Positions 54,109-64,000 of a stretch of 64,000 nt of DNA are shown here, piece after piece. The notes below the pieces were generated by a model. The model worked only from the letters and a program-made list of their open reading frames with translations, had not been told where the DNA came from and ran no database searches. The translations under genes were made by a program, and so were the position numbers. This stretch comes from Neoconidiobolus thromboides FSU 785 (taxonomy: Eukaryota > Fungi > Entomophthoromycota): NCBI GenBank assembly GCA_025603075.1, contig MU626285.1, positions 94,980 to 158,979 on the forward strand, in the 5' to 3' direction. The first letter of the stretch is position 1; every line of letters starts with the position of its first letter.

Positions 54109-55324
54109 TTAAAAAAATCGAACCAAATTTTCCAAAAGGAAAGAAGCCAACTCAAATAATTTACTTGACTTCCCATACCTGTCTTCATTTTCTATACTCC
54201 TGATAGGCGAGATAAGAAAATCGGGTTTAGGGTATAAAAAATAAGCAACAGAATAACTAAAATCATCATTAATATTTACAATAATATAAAAAGCATTCAC
54301 ATACCGATGAGTATCCAGCTTAGACACAGGTGGCAAAACAACCCTATTTTTTGTAGAACAAAGTTTGCCTTCTGTCCAAACAGAAAGTAAATCAGCTATA
54401 TTGGCAATAACATATCCATTTCTGTATGGCATATTAATCCACTTTGAGCTAGTTTTACTTTTTAATACTTGTAATTATTAATGGTTAGTCATTCAGATTG
54501 TGGTACACTTACATTACTTTTCCAAGATAAAGCGGAAGATGGAGAAGACAATTATGGTTTACATGTCATCCTTTAACTAATTTTACCTTTCAGCTCTAGT
54601 AACCCTTTCTAATTCTACATCTTTAGACAAAGGAGGATAATGTAGAGCACGTATAATACTACACGATTTATCTTCAAACTCATGCGCTTTATAAAAGAAG
54701 TGTTTATCTAGATCCAAGGCAAGGGCTATTTCACTTAATACAGCTTGTGAGATTTTGTTACATTTCTATTTGGATATAAGTAATTAGTATAGCGTTAATT
54801 TTAAATTCATACCTTTGTAAAGTCATCTAAAAATGGTCTATTTTTTTCAAATATTTCTGGTAAGCTTTGATTAAAATGGCTAAAATTTGGAGGTAGATTG
54901 AATGCTTCTTTATAGTCAAATTCGTACTCTTCTGATAGTCTAAAAATTAAATATAGCCATTACTTAGATTTATCTAATTTATCTTTCCTGACCTAATTTA
55001 CAATAGCCAAAATTTTCTTCAAGTAAATCACATTCCTTTACTTCTTCTTTTTGAGAGAAATAGCTTTTCATCTATGATTAGTTTAATATAAACTCATTTT
55101 AAATAATATTGAATTACGATCTTGAACATCTTTTTAATTTCGTCATCGGTTATTTTCTCATTTTTAACATAAAAAAACCTTTTTATTACTAATTTCAATA
55201 ATTAAATCAGAATACCAAAAGCTCTTATAGCTTCTAAAATCTTTTGTTTTTTATCTTGATAAACTTCATCTTCTTTACTCAATCCACCATTTGATAAACC
55301 ATTACTTAAATCTAATATAAGCAT
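54109..55324 (-). pseudogene. 2OG-Fe(II) dioxygenase (DIOX_N plus 2OG-FeII_Oxy; IPNS/clavaminate-like) with an internally inverted exon
   Basis: LILDLS, GFFYVKN, DYKEAFN, RALHYPP, WINMPYRNGYVIANIADLL, RYSVAYF on the minus strand; HSDCGTLTLLFQD present on the plus strand at 54490-54528. Confidence 0.85.
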
Positions 55325-55492
55325 TTAGTAAATTAAAAATTGAACTTAAATTTCAACATACTTTTTAAAATGTAAATTCAGTTGTTTTAAGTAAAAGAAA
55401 AATGCAATTTTTTGATGTTATATATTTTGGGTTAGTAGTTAAGCTTGAAGGAGCGGAGGATCTGCCCAAATACTACTTTTTGATCTACATAT

Positions 55493-55591
55493 GGGGATGT
55501 ATTTTTGTGATTAAGAACTTTACTAATAAATTTTCCACTCAAATAGCGCTTAAAAAATGGAAAAAATAATGAAATAAAAAAAAACACTCCC
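55493..55591 (+). mobile_element. MITE copy
   Basis: ATAT-GGGG...TCCC-ATAT, 99 bp. Confidence 0.92.
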
Positions 55592-55870
55592 ATATATTAA
55601 TCATTTGGTCAAATTCTCACTTCACCCTTTCAGACTTACTCACTAACTCAAAAGCATAATAAACGTATTTAAACTAAGTAACCTTTTTTCAAAGAATATC
55701 GCTACCATATAAACACTAGATAGTAACAATATATATTATTTAGCTTATAATATAGTTGAATTTAATCCCAAGGCACAACTTTTCCAATTCCAATTTATTA
55801 TAAAAGGTTAATTAAACAACATCAAGAAAATAAGTGCTGTTTTTTCTATTGAAGAAATCAACTAACATAT

Positions 55871-55966
55871 GAGGATGTATTTTTGTGTTTAAGAATATTA
55901 ACAATTTTTCCGCTCAAATAGTGCTCAAAAGATGAAAAAAGTAATGAAGCCAAAAAAAACACCTCC
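55871..55966 (+). mobile_element. MITE copy
   Basis: ATAT-GAGG...CTCC-ATAT. Confidence 0.9.
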
Positions 55967-57223
55967 ATATTTTTAAATTTCAAATTACTCACAAAATAGA
56001 ACAAGTAATGAAAAAGAGTACTCCAAATTGTTTTCTAATAGAAAATGAATAAAAGTATAGAACTGTAACATTACATTCTTCAATGTAGCTAGCTCTATGC
56101 AAAAAAAATTACTGCTGCAATCAATGGCTTTAGCATTTTTTATGACCAGAAAATTAAAGTTATTTTGGGGAAACCTAATATTCTATCCAATATATTTTAA
56201 ATTCATTCATGGATTTATGGATTCTAATTCTATAACTAAAGTATATCTAAAAATTACTATAAACAAAAAAGAATAGCAAGATTATTCAAAGTTTATTTAA
56301 GTTATTAATATCACTTTATAATGATAAAAAAATTTATTTCACAATTTTTTCATCACTCACTATTACTTTCATAATTTCATAGAGGCTTCATGAGATAACC
56401 ATATACCTTTGATATAAAGAATAACTACTATACAAATGTCACCAGCAATGTCCCTCATAATTAAGGAATTTAAATAAACTTTTAAAATTACTACATTTAG
56501 TAAACTTTAATTTATAAAAAACATATATTTTGTGATATTTTATTATTATTAATAGCTTTTCATAAAATCCTTGAAAGTATAGCGAGCTCACAAGTGACCA
56601 GTAAAACTAAAACACACAGATAAATAATAAAAGTAAGTAAAAGCTTTTCAATTTGATTATATTGAATTAATTATTTTAATATTAACTTATAGCTGACTAA
56701 ACAACTTTTGATAGTTTGAGGTATTTTGGCTATGCTATCTGATGTAAATATCAATATAGCTTATTCTATAAAACTCTATAAATATATCATAATTTATTTA
56801 TAGTTTTGTTATTCAATGAGAGTATGGCAATTTGTCGATGTGATTAGGCTCTCAAAACTATTGTTACAAAAAAGTAAGTATAATAGTAAAATTGCCAGAA
56901 TAGATGAAAAAAATCCAATAACCCAAATTATAAATTAACCCTTTTAAATAAAGGAGATTTAAAAAAGAACAAAAAGATATCACTAAAATTAGAAAATTTA
57001 TCAAAATTAGAGCATATTATATTAAAACAAAAAAATGAAAGCGTGATAAAGACATCGAAAAAGAAATCAAAGCCCAGCTATTAAACTTAAGCCATCCTCA
57101 AATGGAATTAAAAATTGAATCTCTTGGATCCCAATAAAATGATTAAAATTGAAGCTTAAGCTTCTATAAAAAATTGCAAAACAAGTTGAATTCCTTAAAA
57201 AAATACTTAAAAAGTCCCCACTT

Positions 57224-59249
57224 TTAGTTGGTCAAATGAACATTCGAAGTAACCTCAGTGCGGTTTTGCATTCGAAGCGCTTTAAGTTGGCGTGAATACT
57301 TTAGCCCACATGCGTTACATAATCTAAATAAAAATTTAATACTTATCATTTAAAAACCATTATCACTTACGTTTTTTGGCCTCTAGGCCCACGGCGCCAT
57401 TCTGGGGAGCTAGTGGTATGACAAGAAAGACATTGTCGAACAGGACTTGTAAGCAATGGTGATATCAAAACTGGGTCAGCACCATTGTGAATGTGTGCTT
57501 GGTTGGGATTAATATGTGACATTGAATTCTTTTTGGATCCATTTGAACCATCAGTGTACATACTGTGAGGTGATGATAAAGGAGCTTGACTTGATCCTCC
57601 AGATGCCACTAAATGATTAAAGCTCGGCAAAGAGGTTACAGTTGGATTTTCGGGATGAGACATTGATTGTGTCATATAAGATATAGGTGGGAGAGTAGGC
57701 TTTTCTAATGAAGCTTCAGAATTTCTATTGGATTTATTATTATTTCGCCCTTTAAGGGGTAATAAATTCATATTGATGTGCGGCAAAGAGGGCAAGAAGG
57801 AAAATAACTTACTGCTCCCCTTTACACTGGTAGAAGTACTTCTAGGTCTATTACTCTAACAGAAAATTAGATTAATTAAATATAAATGAAAACAATTTAC
57901 ATGATAAATCATAGATTCGTTGGAAACAGATTTTTTGGGAATTAAGTCATCGCTTGAATCTACTGGAAGCAGAGTGGTTGACCTGACACGATGAAGAGTT
58001 TGAGGAGAATCATTTTGATGTAATGTTTGGCCATAGTGTTTACTTACGTTCAAGCTAGTTCGTTGAGGTTGTTGATAAAAACCATTACCATTATTTTGCA
58101 TATCCATTAATACTGGTGCTGACATTTTTTTATGTATCTCATATTCATTATTCTAAATAAAGGGGTTAATAAAGCTGCATCAAATGTTTAACTAATATTA
58201 CCAACTCATGTCCACGAGAAAACGATAGACTGCGAGAATTATTGAGTGAATTTGGTGCGGGTTGTGCTTGATAATTGATAGCAGATACTGTTTGGGAGCA
58301 AGCAATAGCGATATTGCCAATACAATAAATTACTTGCTCAAGACGATCTCCAGTATAATTTTCTACTTGTGAAAGAAATGAAATACGGCGATGCAACTGG
58401 TAAGTTTGAAGAAATTCATTAAACCCTTTGTACAACCTTTCTGAGTCAATGCGATGCAATAACAGATCTAATCCTTCAGTTGGTACAGCTTGGTTTGGAT
58501 TTTGAATTAAATTGGAAAAACTGTTTTTTGGCCAAGCTAAAATAACACGCGGGGTGTAGGTATCATAAATAAGGAAGGACCTAGTTGGAGTAATAGTGTG
58601 ATCCCTATAAGTTGGACTGTTTGGGATAGATTGTCCAGAAAAAGGGTTTAAGGATAAATTGCTTAAATTTGAAAGTTCAAAATTATCTAAACAATGACGG
58701 ACAAATTCAATTTCCTATAAAAATTAGATAAAATAAAAATAAGAAATAAAATCTTTTACTGAATGGTCATAGTTATGGAAGCAATCAACCTTAGAGTTAG
58801 TCATTTTCTTATTTAAAAAATCTTCATCAATATGAAACATTGCCATAGTTACTTGAGAAGTAATAGCCTGTATCATCAATGTGTAGGTAGAGTAAGGAAG
58901 GTTCAAAGCAGCCAAGGAAGATGGTGGACGTTGATATTGATAAGGAGCTGAATCCTGAATAGTTGCAAAGTTATAGGCAGAACATCTGAAATAAAATTAG
59001 AAAATATACAATAGTCACAAAATAAGAGTACCTTATTGCGGCACCATTAAAGCTAGAAGAAACCTTAAATACGTTGAGATCCTTCCTCATCCTTGGCACT
59101 TCAGTTGGCAATACTATACCATATAACTGAGATCCAATAAAATTTACACCTAAAACTGGTTCTAGCCTTCGTACATTATTTGATATATAAATGAAGCTGA
59201 AATCTTCGGAAGATAGCAAAGCCCAAAAGCAAGAATGCGTTGCAGTCAT
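57224..59249 (-). CDS. PAS-domain GATA zinc-finger transcription factor (white-collar-2-like architecture), multi-exon
   Basis: N-terminal PAS-like CFWALLSSEDFSFIYIS...IGSQLYGIVLP; C-terminal CLSC-x18-CNAC ([26 protein letters not shown]). Confidence 0.8.
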
Positions 59250-60421
59250 TTGAAAGAAACTTAACTAAATAAATAGAGTATAAGAGTTTAATTTTATTAT
59301 TGAATAAAGCTAAGCTATAATACTACTTTATTAAATAAACAAAAAAGCTATTTTAGTTAAATCAAAAAATGAATAGATAAAGTTTGATTTTATTTCATCA
59401 ATTTTAATTTGTTTAACTGTAAAATTAAAAATAGAAATTATTTTCATAGCACCAACCTTGGGTCTGTAAAGGTAATTCATTATTAGTCTTCTCCAATAAA
59501 ACTATGCGCTACGTTCATCTGATGAAATCATTCTTCTATTTAGAAAAAAAATATACGAACTCATGCATATTAAAAGTAGCGTGAAATTATTTCATTTGTT
59601 GCAAAATTCTCTTGACAACATTTACTAGAAACAATTAATTAGTTTGAATTATATAAATTTCGATTGCCTTTATTATCCAATGCCATTAATTTATAGTTAC
59701 AGCATTGATTTATATGTTAAAACTATATAATACTGACTTAGAAGTAGTCAAGATAGGTATATATTATTATTATTATGAGTAAATTTTAGAATATTTCCCA
59801 ACATGAATTGTTTAAAATAAAGATTTGTGATGTGCTTATTCGATCTAGTAATAAGCTAGAATAAAGTATTACTTTTTAGTCATTTATTTGCTATGGGAAT
59901 TTAATATATTTGAAATCCTATTACCAATATTAACTAAGCTATTTGTTTTGGACTATTTTTAAATTAAAAAGAGACATAGCCACAATTTAGAATTATAATA
60001 CTAAAAATAAACAATAAACAATAAACGATAAAATAATACCAAGTAATTATATAACTAAAATTGATTCTTATTTTTATCTGATACTAAAGTAGAATTTGTA
60101 ATTATCGATATATGAAAACTGATTGCCATGTGACCAAAGCAACAAGATTTTATTACTTTTTACTAAAGAAAATTCACAAGTTGTATTTTAGAGTGTATCT
60201 AAAAATGTTAAATTATTTTTTAAAACTTAATTTGTAAAATAAAATTGAGCTATAGTTAAACTATAGTTTTTTTATTGTGTTCTTATGTATATGTTATTTT
60301 GGAACAAAGGCTTGATATTTTATGTATATAATGTTCAAAATATACAAGTGATTTAGAAACCTGTTATTAGAAATTATACAAAAGGTTGAAATAACTAAAG
60401 AGTATTAAAATTATTAAATGT

Positions 60422-60510
60422 GGGGATGTATTTGTTTAAGTTTGCTAACAATCTTCCAACTTAAATAGCGCTTAAAACATGGAAAAAGTAATGAAACCGA
60501 AAAAACATTC
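60422..60510 (+). mobile_element. MITE copy (internal deletion)
   Basis: ATGT-GGGG start, family core, eroded right end. Confidence 0.75.
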
Positions 60511-61086
60511 GTATATTATTTGCCAAGTTCTACAAAAAACCGTTCAATATAAATACAACTTGCTATCACAAAATAAATCGTTGGTGAAATTTTAAATTTT
60601 CATACTATTATTGTGTAATCTATAATTGTTTATAATCTCAGTTATTTTTGGGAAAATGTTCAATAAAGTTATTATATAGTCCATATATATATATTTATGT
60701 TTGATGAATAATTTGAAAAAATTATTTAGGCCTTTTTTATAGTATTAATATGATTTTTTATCAATATGTTCTAAAGACATACAATTTAAAAAGTTCTTAA
60801 CTTTAAAGAATATCATTGCTAAGCTTTTAACTATTTTAGTGAGTTGGAATTTCCTCAAATTCAAATTATTTTCTCATTTTTAATATAAATTTGTTTAAAT
60901 ATACTAAATGAGTATTAAACTTTACAGCTTATAACTAAACCGATTGAAGTTTATATATATATAAATATCATGTTTCCTTTAGCCGGTACTTATATTTAAT
61001 ATTATAAATATTGAAAAAATGAATTGTAAGTAAAAAAATTTTATAATCTATTAAATTAATAAATCAATCTTTTAGGGAAACTATAT

Positions 61087-61184
61087 AGGGGTGTATCTTT
61101 GTATTTAACAATTTTACTACCAATTTTTATACTCAAATATTGCTTAAAAGATCAAAAAAGTGATGAAGCTAAAAAAGCATCACC
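61087..61184 (+). mobile_element. MITE copy
   Basis: ATAT-AGGGG...CACC-ATAT, 98 bp. Confidence 0.8.
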
Positions 61185-62780
61185 ATATATTAATTTAATA
61201 ATAAATATATGATAAAGTATTAAAATTAGAATAAACAAAGCTCTATTACATAATGCTAAATCAAATTCTTTAAAGACATGGAACTTACTATATGTGAAAG
61301 TCATATTTATCTTTAAATATAGGGAATTAGATGTTTTATTTATATTTAAAAGTATTTCATTTTATGCTATTGTTATTGATTTAATTCAATTTTTTACTAT
61401 TTAAAGATCTTTTGTGTTTCTAAATATGGGGGGTTCAAATTAATTTCATTTTTTTATCCGATTTCTAAATATTTTGTATTTTAAAGACTTTGCTTAAAAT
61501 TTTATAAATCTTATAAATTTTTTATCAAGAAACAAAAGTACCCAGGGATACAGCTTTAAATTGTTTTATTGTAATTTATATTGTAAGTTAGCTGAATTTC
61601 TACTAGATCTAATAAAAATTCCTAGATTAACAAGGCTTTTACCAATATAATAGATATATATTAATATTAATCAAAGCTGTAGTGTTAAATAAATACATAT
61701 TTCTATAAAACTTCATTGAGAAGTATTTACTATTGACTGCTTTATAGCGAACGTTACAGATTTGCCATCAAATAAATAAATTATCTCAATGTTATAATTA
61801 TATTGTTAATATATCACTAAGTTAATAAATAGCTCCATCGAAGGGAGCGGTTAGCCTCAATATTATAATTAACCATCCTTGTGTAATACAAGCAATATAA
61901 CAATAGCTTTTATTTATTGCTATAATTATTTGTTTTTTGACTATCTGTTAATTTAGTTATTAATAACTTAAATGATGATATTTATCAATTGATTTCTGTC
62001 ATCTAATAAATTATTGACTTACTTAGTAAATATTTAAATATTTAAATTTCTTATTATTTTTATAAAATAGCCTAAGGTTTGTGAAATATCGCTTTGTCAG
62101 CCCTATAGTTAATTATAACATAATAATTACTTGAGTTGTTATGTTCTCAAGTTTAGGCACAATTCAGAATCCCTTATTTTGATTTGCTGTGAGGATTTCT
62201 AACTTCATCGCAAAGAATATTATCTTCTCGTTTTGATATCCATATTTATTAGAGTACAAAAGAGGTTTTTAGAGCATAATAATTCGAGGCTTTTTAACTG
62301 AATTATTCCCTGATATCATACCTTTAATAAAGTCATTAAGTCCTTCTGATAGCATTTGATGTAGGTTTTACAGTAGTATTGCCTATTCTATTTGTCTTAC
62401 ATAGTCCATAGCCTATTACGTGCTATTCTTCACAATTCAAGTCTATCTTAGTTACATAAACTAAGACCTTTCGACTTACAGCTAGTTAATCAAGTAAGAA
62501 TTAATTTTGACTCCAATCATTGAATATCAGATTTCACAGGCTAATCTTTTAAGTTTATTTTTTATAAACTTTATAACTTTAATTAAATTAAATTATTTTT
62601 TATTTGTTTATCAGATACTGGATAATAATATGGTTTATTATAGTATTTAATAAGATGTAAATACTTTTTGACACTTTATATTTTCTATATATATATTCCA
62701 TATTCTTGTTTTTTTCATACTTTTTAAAAATTATATCTGTTTTTTTATTATTGATAATTAAACTACCAATTTTGTTATAT

Positions 62781-62878
62781 GAGGATATATTTTTTTGTTC
62801 AAGAACTTTATTAGCAATCTTTCCACTCAGATAGCGCTTAAAAGATGGAAAAAATAATGAAGCCAAAAAAACATCCAC
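62781..62878 (+). mobile_element. MITE copy
   Basis: ATAT-GAGG...CCAC-ATAT, 98 bp. Confidence 0.9.
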
Positions 62879-63072
62879 ATATGTTGATTTTTATAAACCT
62901 TTTAGATATTAAATTAACTAAACAGTCTCTTATATATACTGAATCATAACTTAATATTTCAGATAAATAATTAAAGCAAAATTTCTTCATTATTTATTAT
63001 TTTTTAATTATATACCAGGCGCATATATTATATAAGCCTGTTTTCCTTATTACATTTTCAAAATTAGCATAT

Positions 63073-63335
63073 GGGGATGTATTTTTGTGTTTAAGGATTT
63101 TACTAATAATTTTTCTACTCAAATAAAAAAATACATCCCCATATAATAAATATTTTAATAGTTCAAAAAATAAATCAATAGCTAAGTTAATATTCTTTAA
63201 ATATATGAAGGCGTTTTTTTTGGCTTCATCACTTTTCCTATCTTTTAGGCGTTATTTAAGAATTTTACTAACAATCTTTCCACTCAAATAGCGCTTAAAA
63301 AATGGAAAAATAATGAAACTAAAAAAAACAACACC
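63073..63335. mobile_element. Two tandem MITE copies rearranged by an inversion (left-left chimera 63073-63140; right-right chimera 63207-63335)
   Basis: GGGGATGTATTTTT at both ends of 63073-63140; right-end sequence at both ends of 63207-63335; ATAT at all four outer edges. Confidence 0.8.
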
Positions 63336-63391
63336 ATATGGTGTTGTTTTTTTTAGTTTCATTATTTTTCCATTTTTTAAGCGCTATTTGA
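63284..63391. repeat. Perfect 108-bp palindrome (52-bp arms around ATAT)
   Basis: TCAAATAGCGCTTAAAAAATGGAAAAATAATGAAACTAAAAAAAACAACACC ATAT and its exact reverse complement. Confidence 0.95.
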
Positions 63392-63437
63392 ATGAAAAAA
63401 CTGTTAGTAAAACCCTTAAACACAAAAATACATCCCC
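63340..63437 (-). mobile_element. MITE copy forming a tail-to-tail palindrome with its neighbour
   Basis: ATAT-GGTG...CCCC-ATAT, 98 bp. Confidence 0.9.
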
Positions 63438-63746
63438 ATATATTAGAGATATTTTTTACCATTATTTTCTATTTATTAAATTTTGACAAAATAGTTGACT
63501 CATTAAGTAAATATATAATAGTTTTAATTTGGTTGTTTTTGTTTTATATTTATTTTATATTTTAATAATAGATTATAATATTAATATTTTATTGCTATAA
63601 TTATTCAAAAATAATTATGCTAATGTTTACTTATATTAAGTCTAAAACCCCTATATTTACGGAAAAAATATACTAAAGCTACGGTTGATAATAATGCTAC
63701 TTGCTGATTTTTGTTTCATGCTTCACTTAAAGCATTAATTATATAT

Positions 63747-63845
63747 GGGTGTGTTTTTTTTGACTTCATTACTTTTTCTATCTTTTAAGGACTACTTGAG
63801 TGGAAAAATTATTAGTAAAATTTCTAAACACAAAAATACATCCCT
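63747..63845 (-). mobile_element. MITE copy
   Basis: ATAT-GGGT...CCCT-ATAT, 99 bp. Confidence 0.88.
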
Positions 63846-64000
63846 ATATACTACTTAATAAGTTCATTAATAATAATAAATTTTAATAATTTGTAACTAG
63901 ATCCATTAACATTTTCTTTTGGAGCTTCGAAAAGCTAATACTCCTGTGAAATCTGGTACTCAGGGTTTGGAGTCAAGAACAGCTATTGCTGGGTTGACTA

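Larger units (their letters stand above)
62541..63890 (-). pseudogene. Second, heavily decayed copy of the Sola-like transposase, carrying five MITE insertions, deletions and an internal inversion
   Basis: Collinear DNA similarity to 28110-29620, e.g. KTDIIFKKY, DYLSEIL and KTxLxN segments, and the empty site of the 28376 MITE. Confidence 0.75.

Noticed and set aside
59512-59550. CTGATGA...GAAA hammerhead-like core
   Set aside because: Stem II and the flanking stems do not pair.
61424-63656. ATAT-GGGGGGTTCAAAT (61428) and AAAACCCCT-ATAT (63652) as termini of an autonomous element
   Set aside because: The 63650 site lies inside sequence homologous to the transposase coding region, which continues to ~63890, so it is not an end; 61428 has no convincing partner in the window.
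3587-63845. The dispersed repeat read as a CRISPR-like array
   Set aside because: Copies are dispersed in both orientations with TIRs and TSDs, not regularly spaced direct repeats; the context is eukaryotic.

Overview
Very AT-rich eukaryotic genomic DNA with many short (mostly ~40-65 nt) introns. It is most consistent with an early-diverging fungus (Zoopagomycota/Entomophthorales-like). This is an inference from gene content (Zn2Cys6 and PAS-GATA factors together with MCM9, RlmN and a U12 intron), not from a database hit. Blocks of housekeeping genes (TAF7, NAS2, a WD40 protein, an RBR E3 ligase, C1D, HTATSF1, MCM9, BFR2, NOP10, SLY1, RPA12, CCT6, RlmN, ATP5, a PAS-GATA factor, tRNA-Ser(CGA)) alternate with gene-poor blocks. 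These blocks carry about 26 copies of a ~98-bp MITE (GGGG...CCCC ends, 4-bp ANNT target-site duplications) and two decayed copies of a Sola-like DDD transposase, into which seven of the MITE copies have inserted. Main observations: (1) the MITE/Sola-like transposase system, with nesting and an empty-site proof; (2) two short inversions bounded by 5-bp inverted microhomologies, one flipping the catalytic HxD exon of a 2OG-Fe(II) dioxygenase gene and one between two MITEs, plus a perfect 108-bp palindrome; (3) a U12-type AT-AC intron and a probable 4-nt micro-exon in MCM9; (4) an intron-containing, alphaproteobacterial-type RlmN; (5) a CCT6 start codon apparently split by an intron; (6) a 1-nt frameshift in TAF7 that is probably an assembly error. 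All alignments, translations and coordinates were done by hand; gene ends may be off by a few bases.
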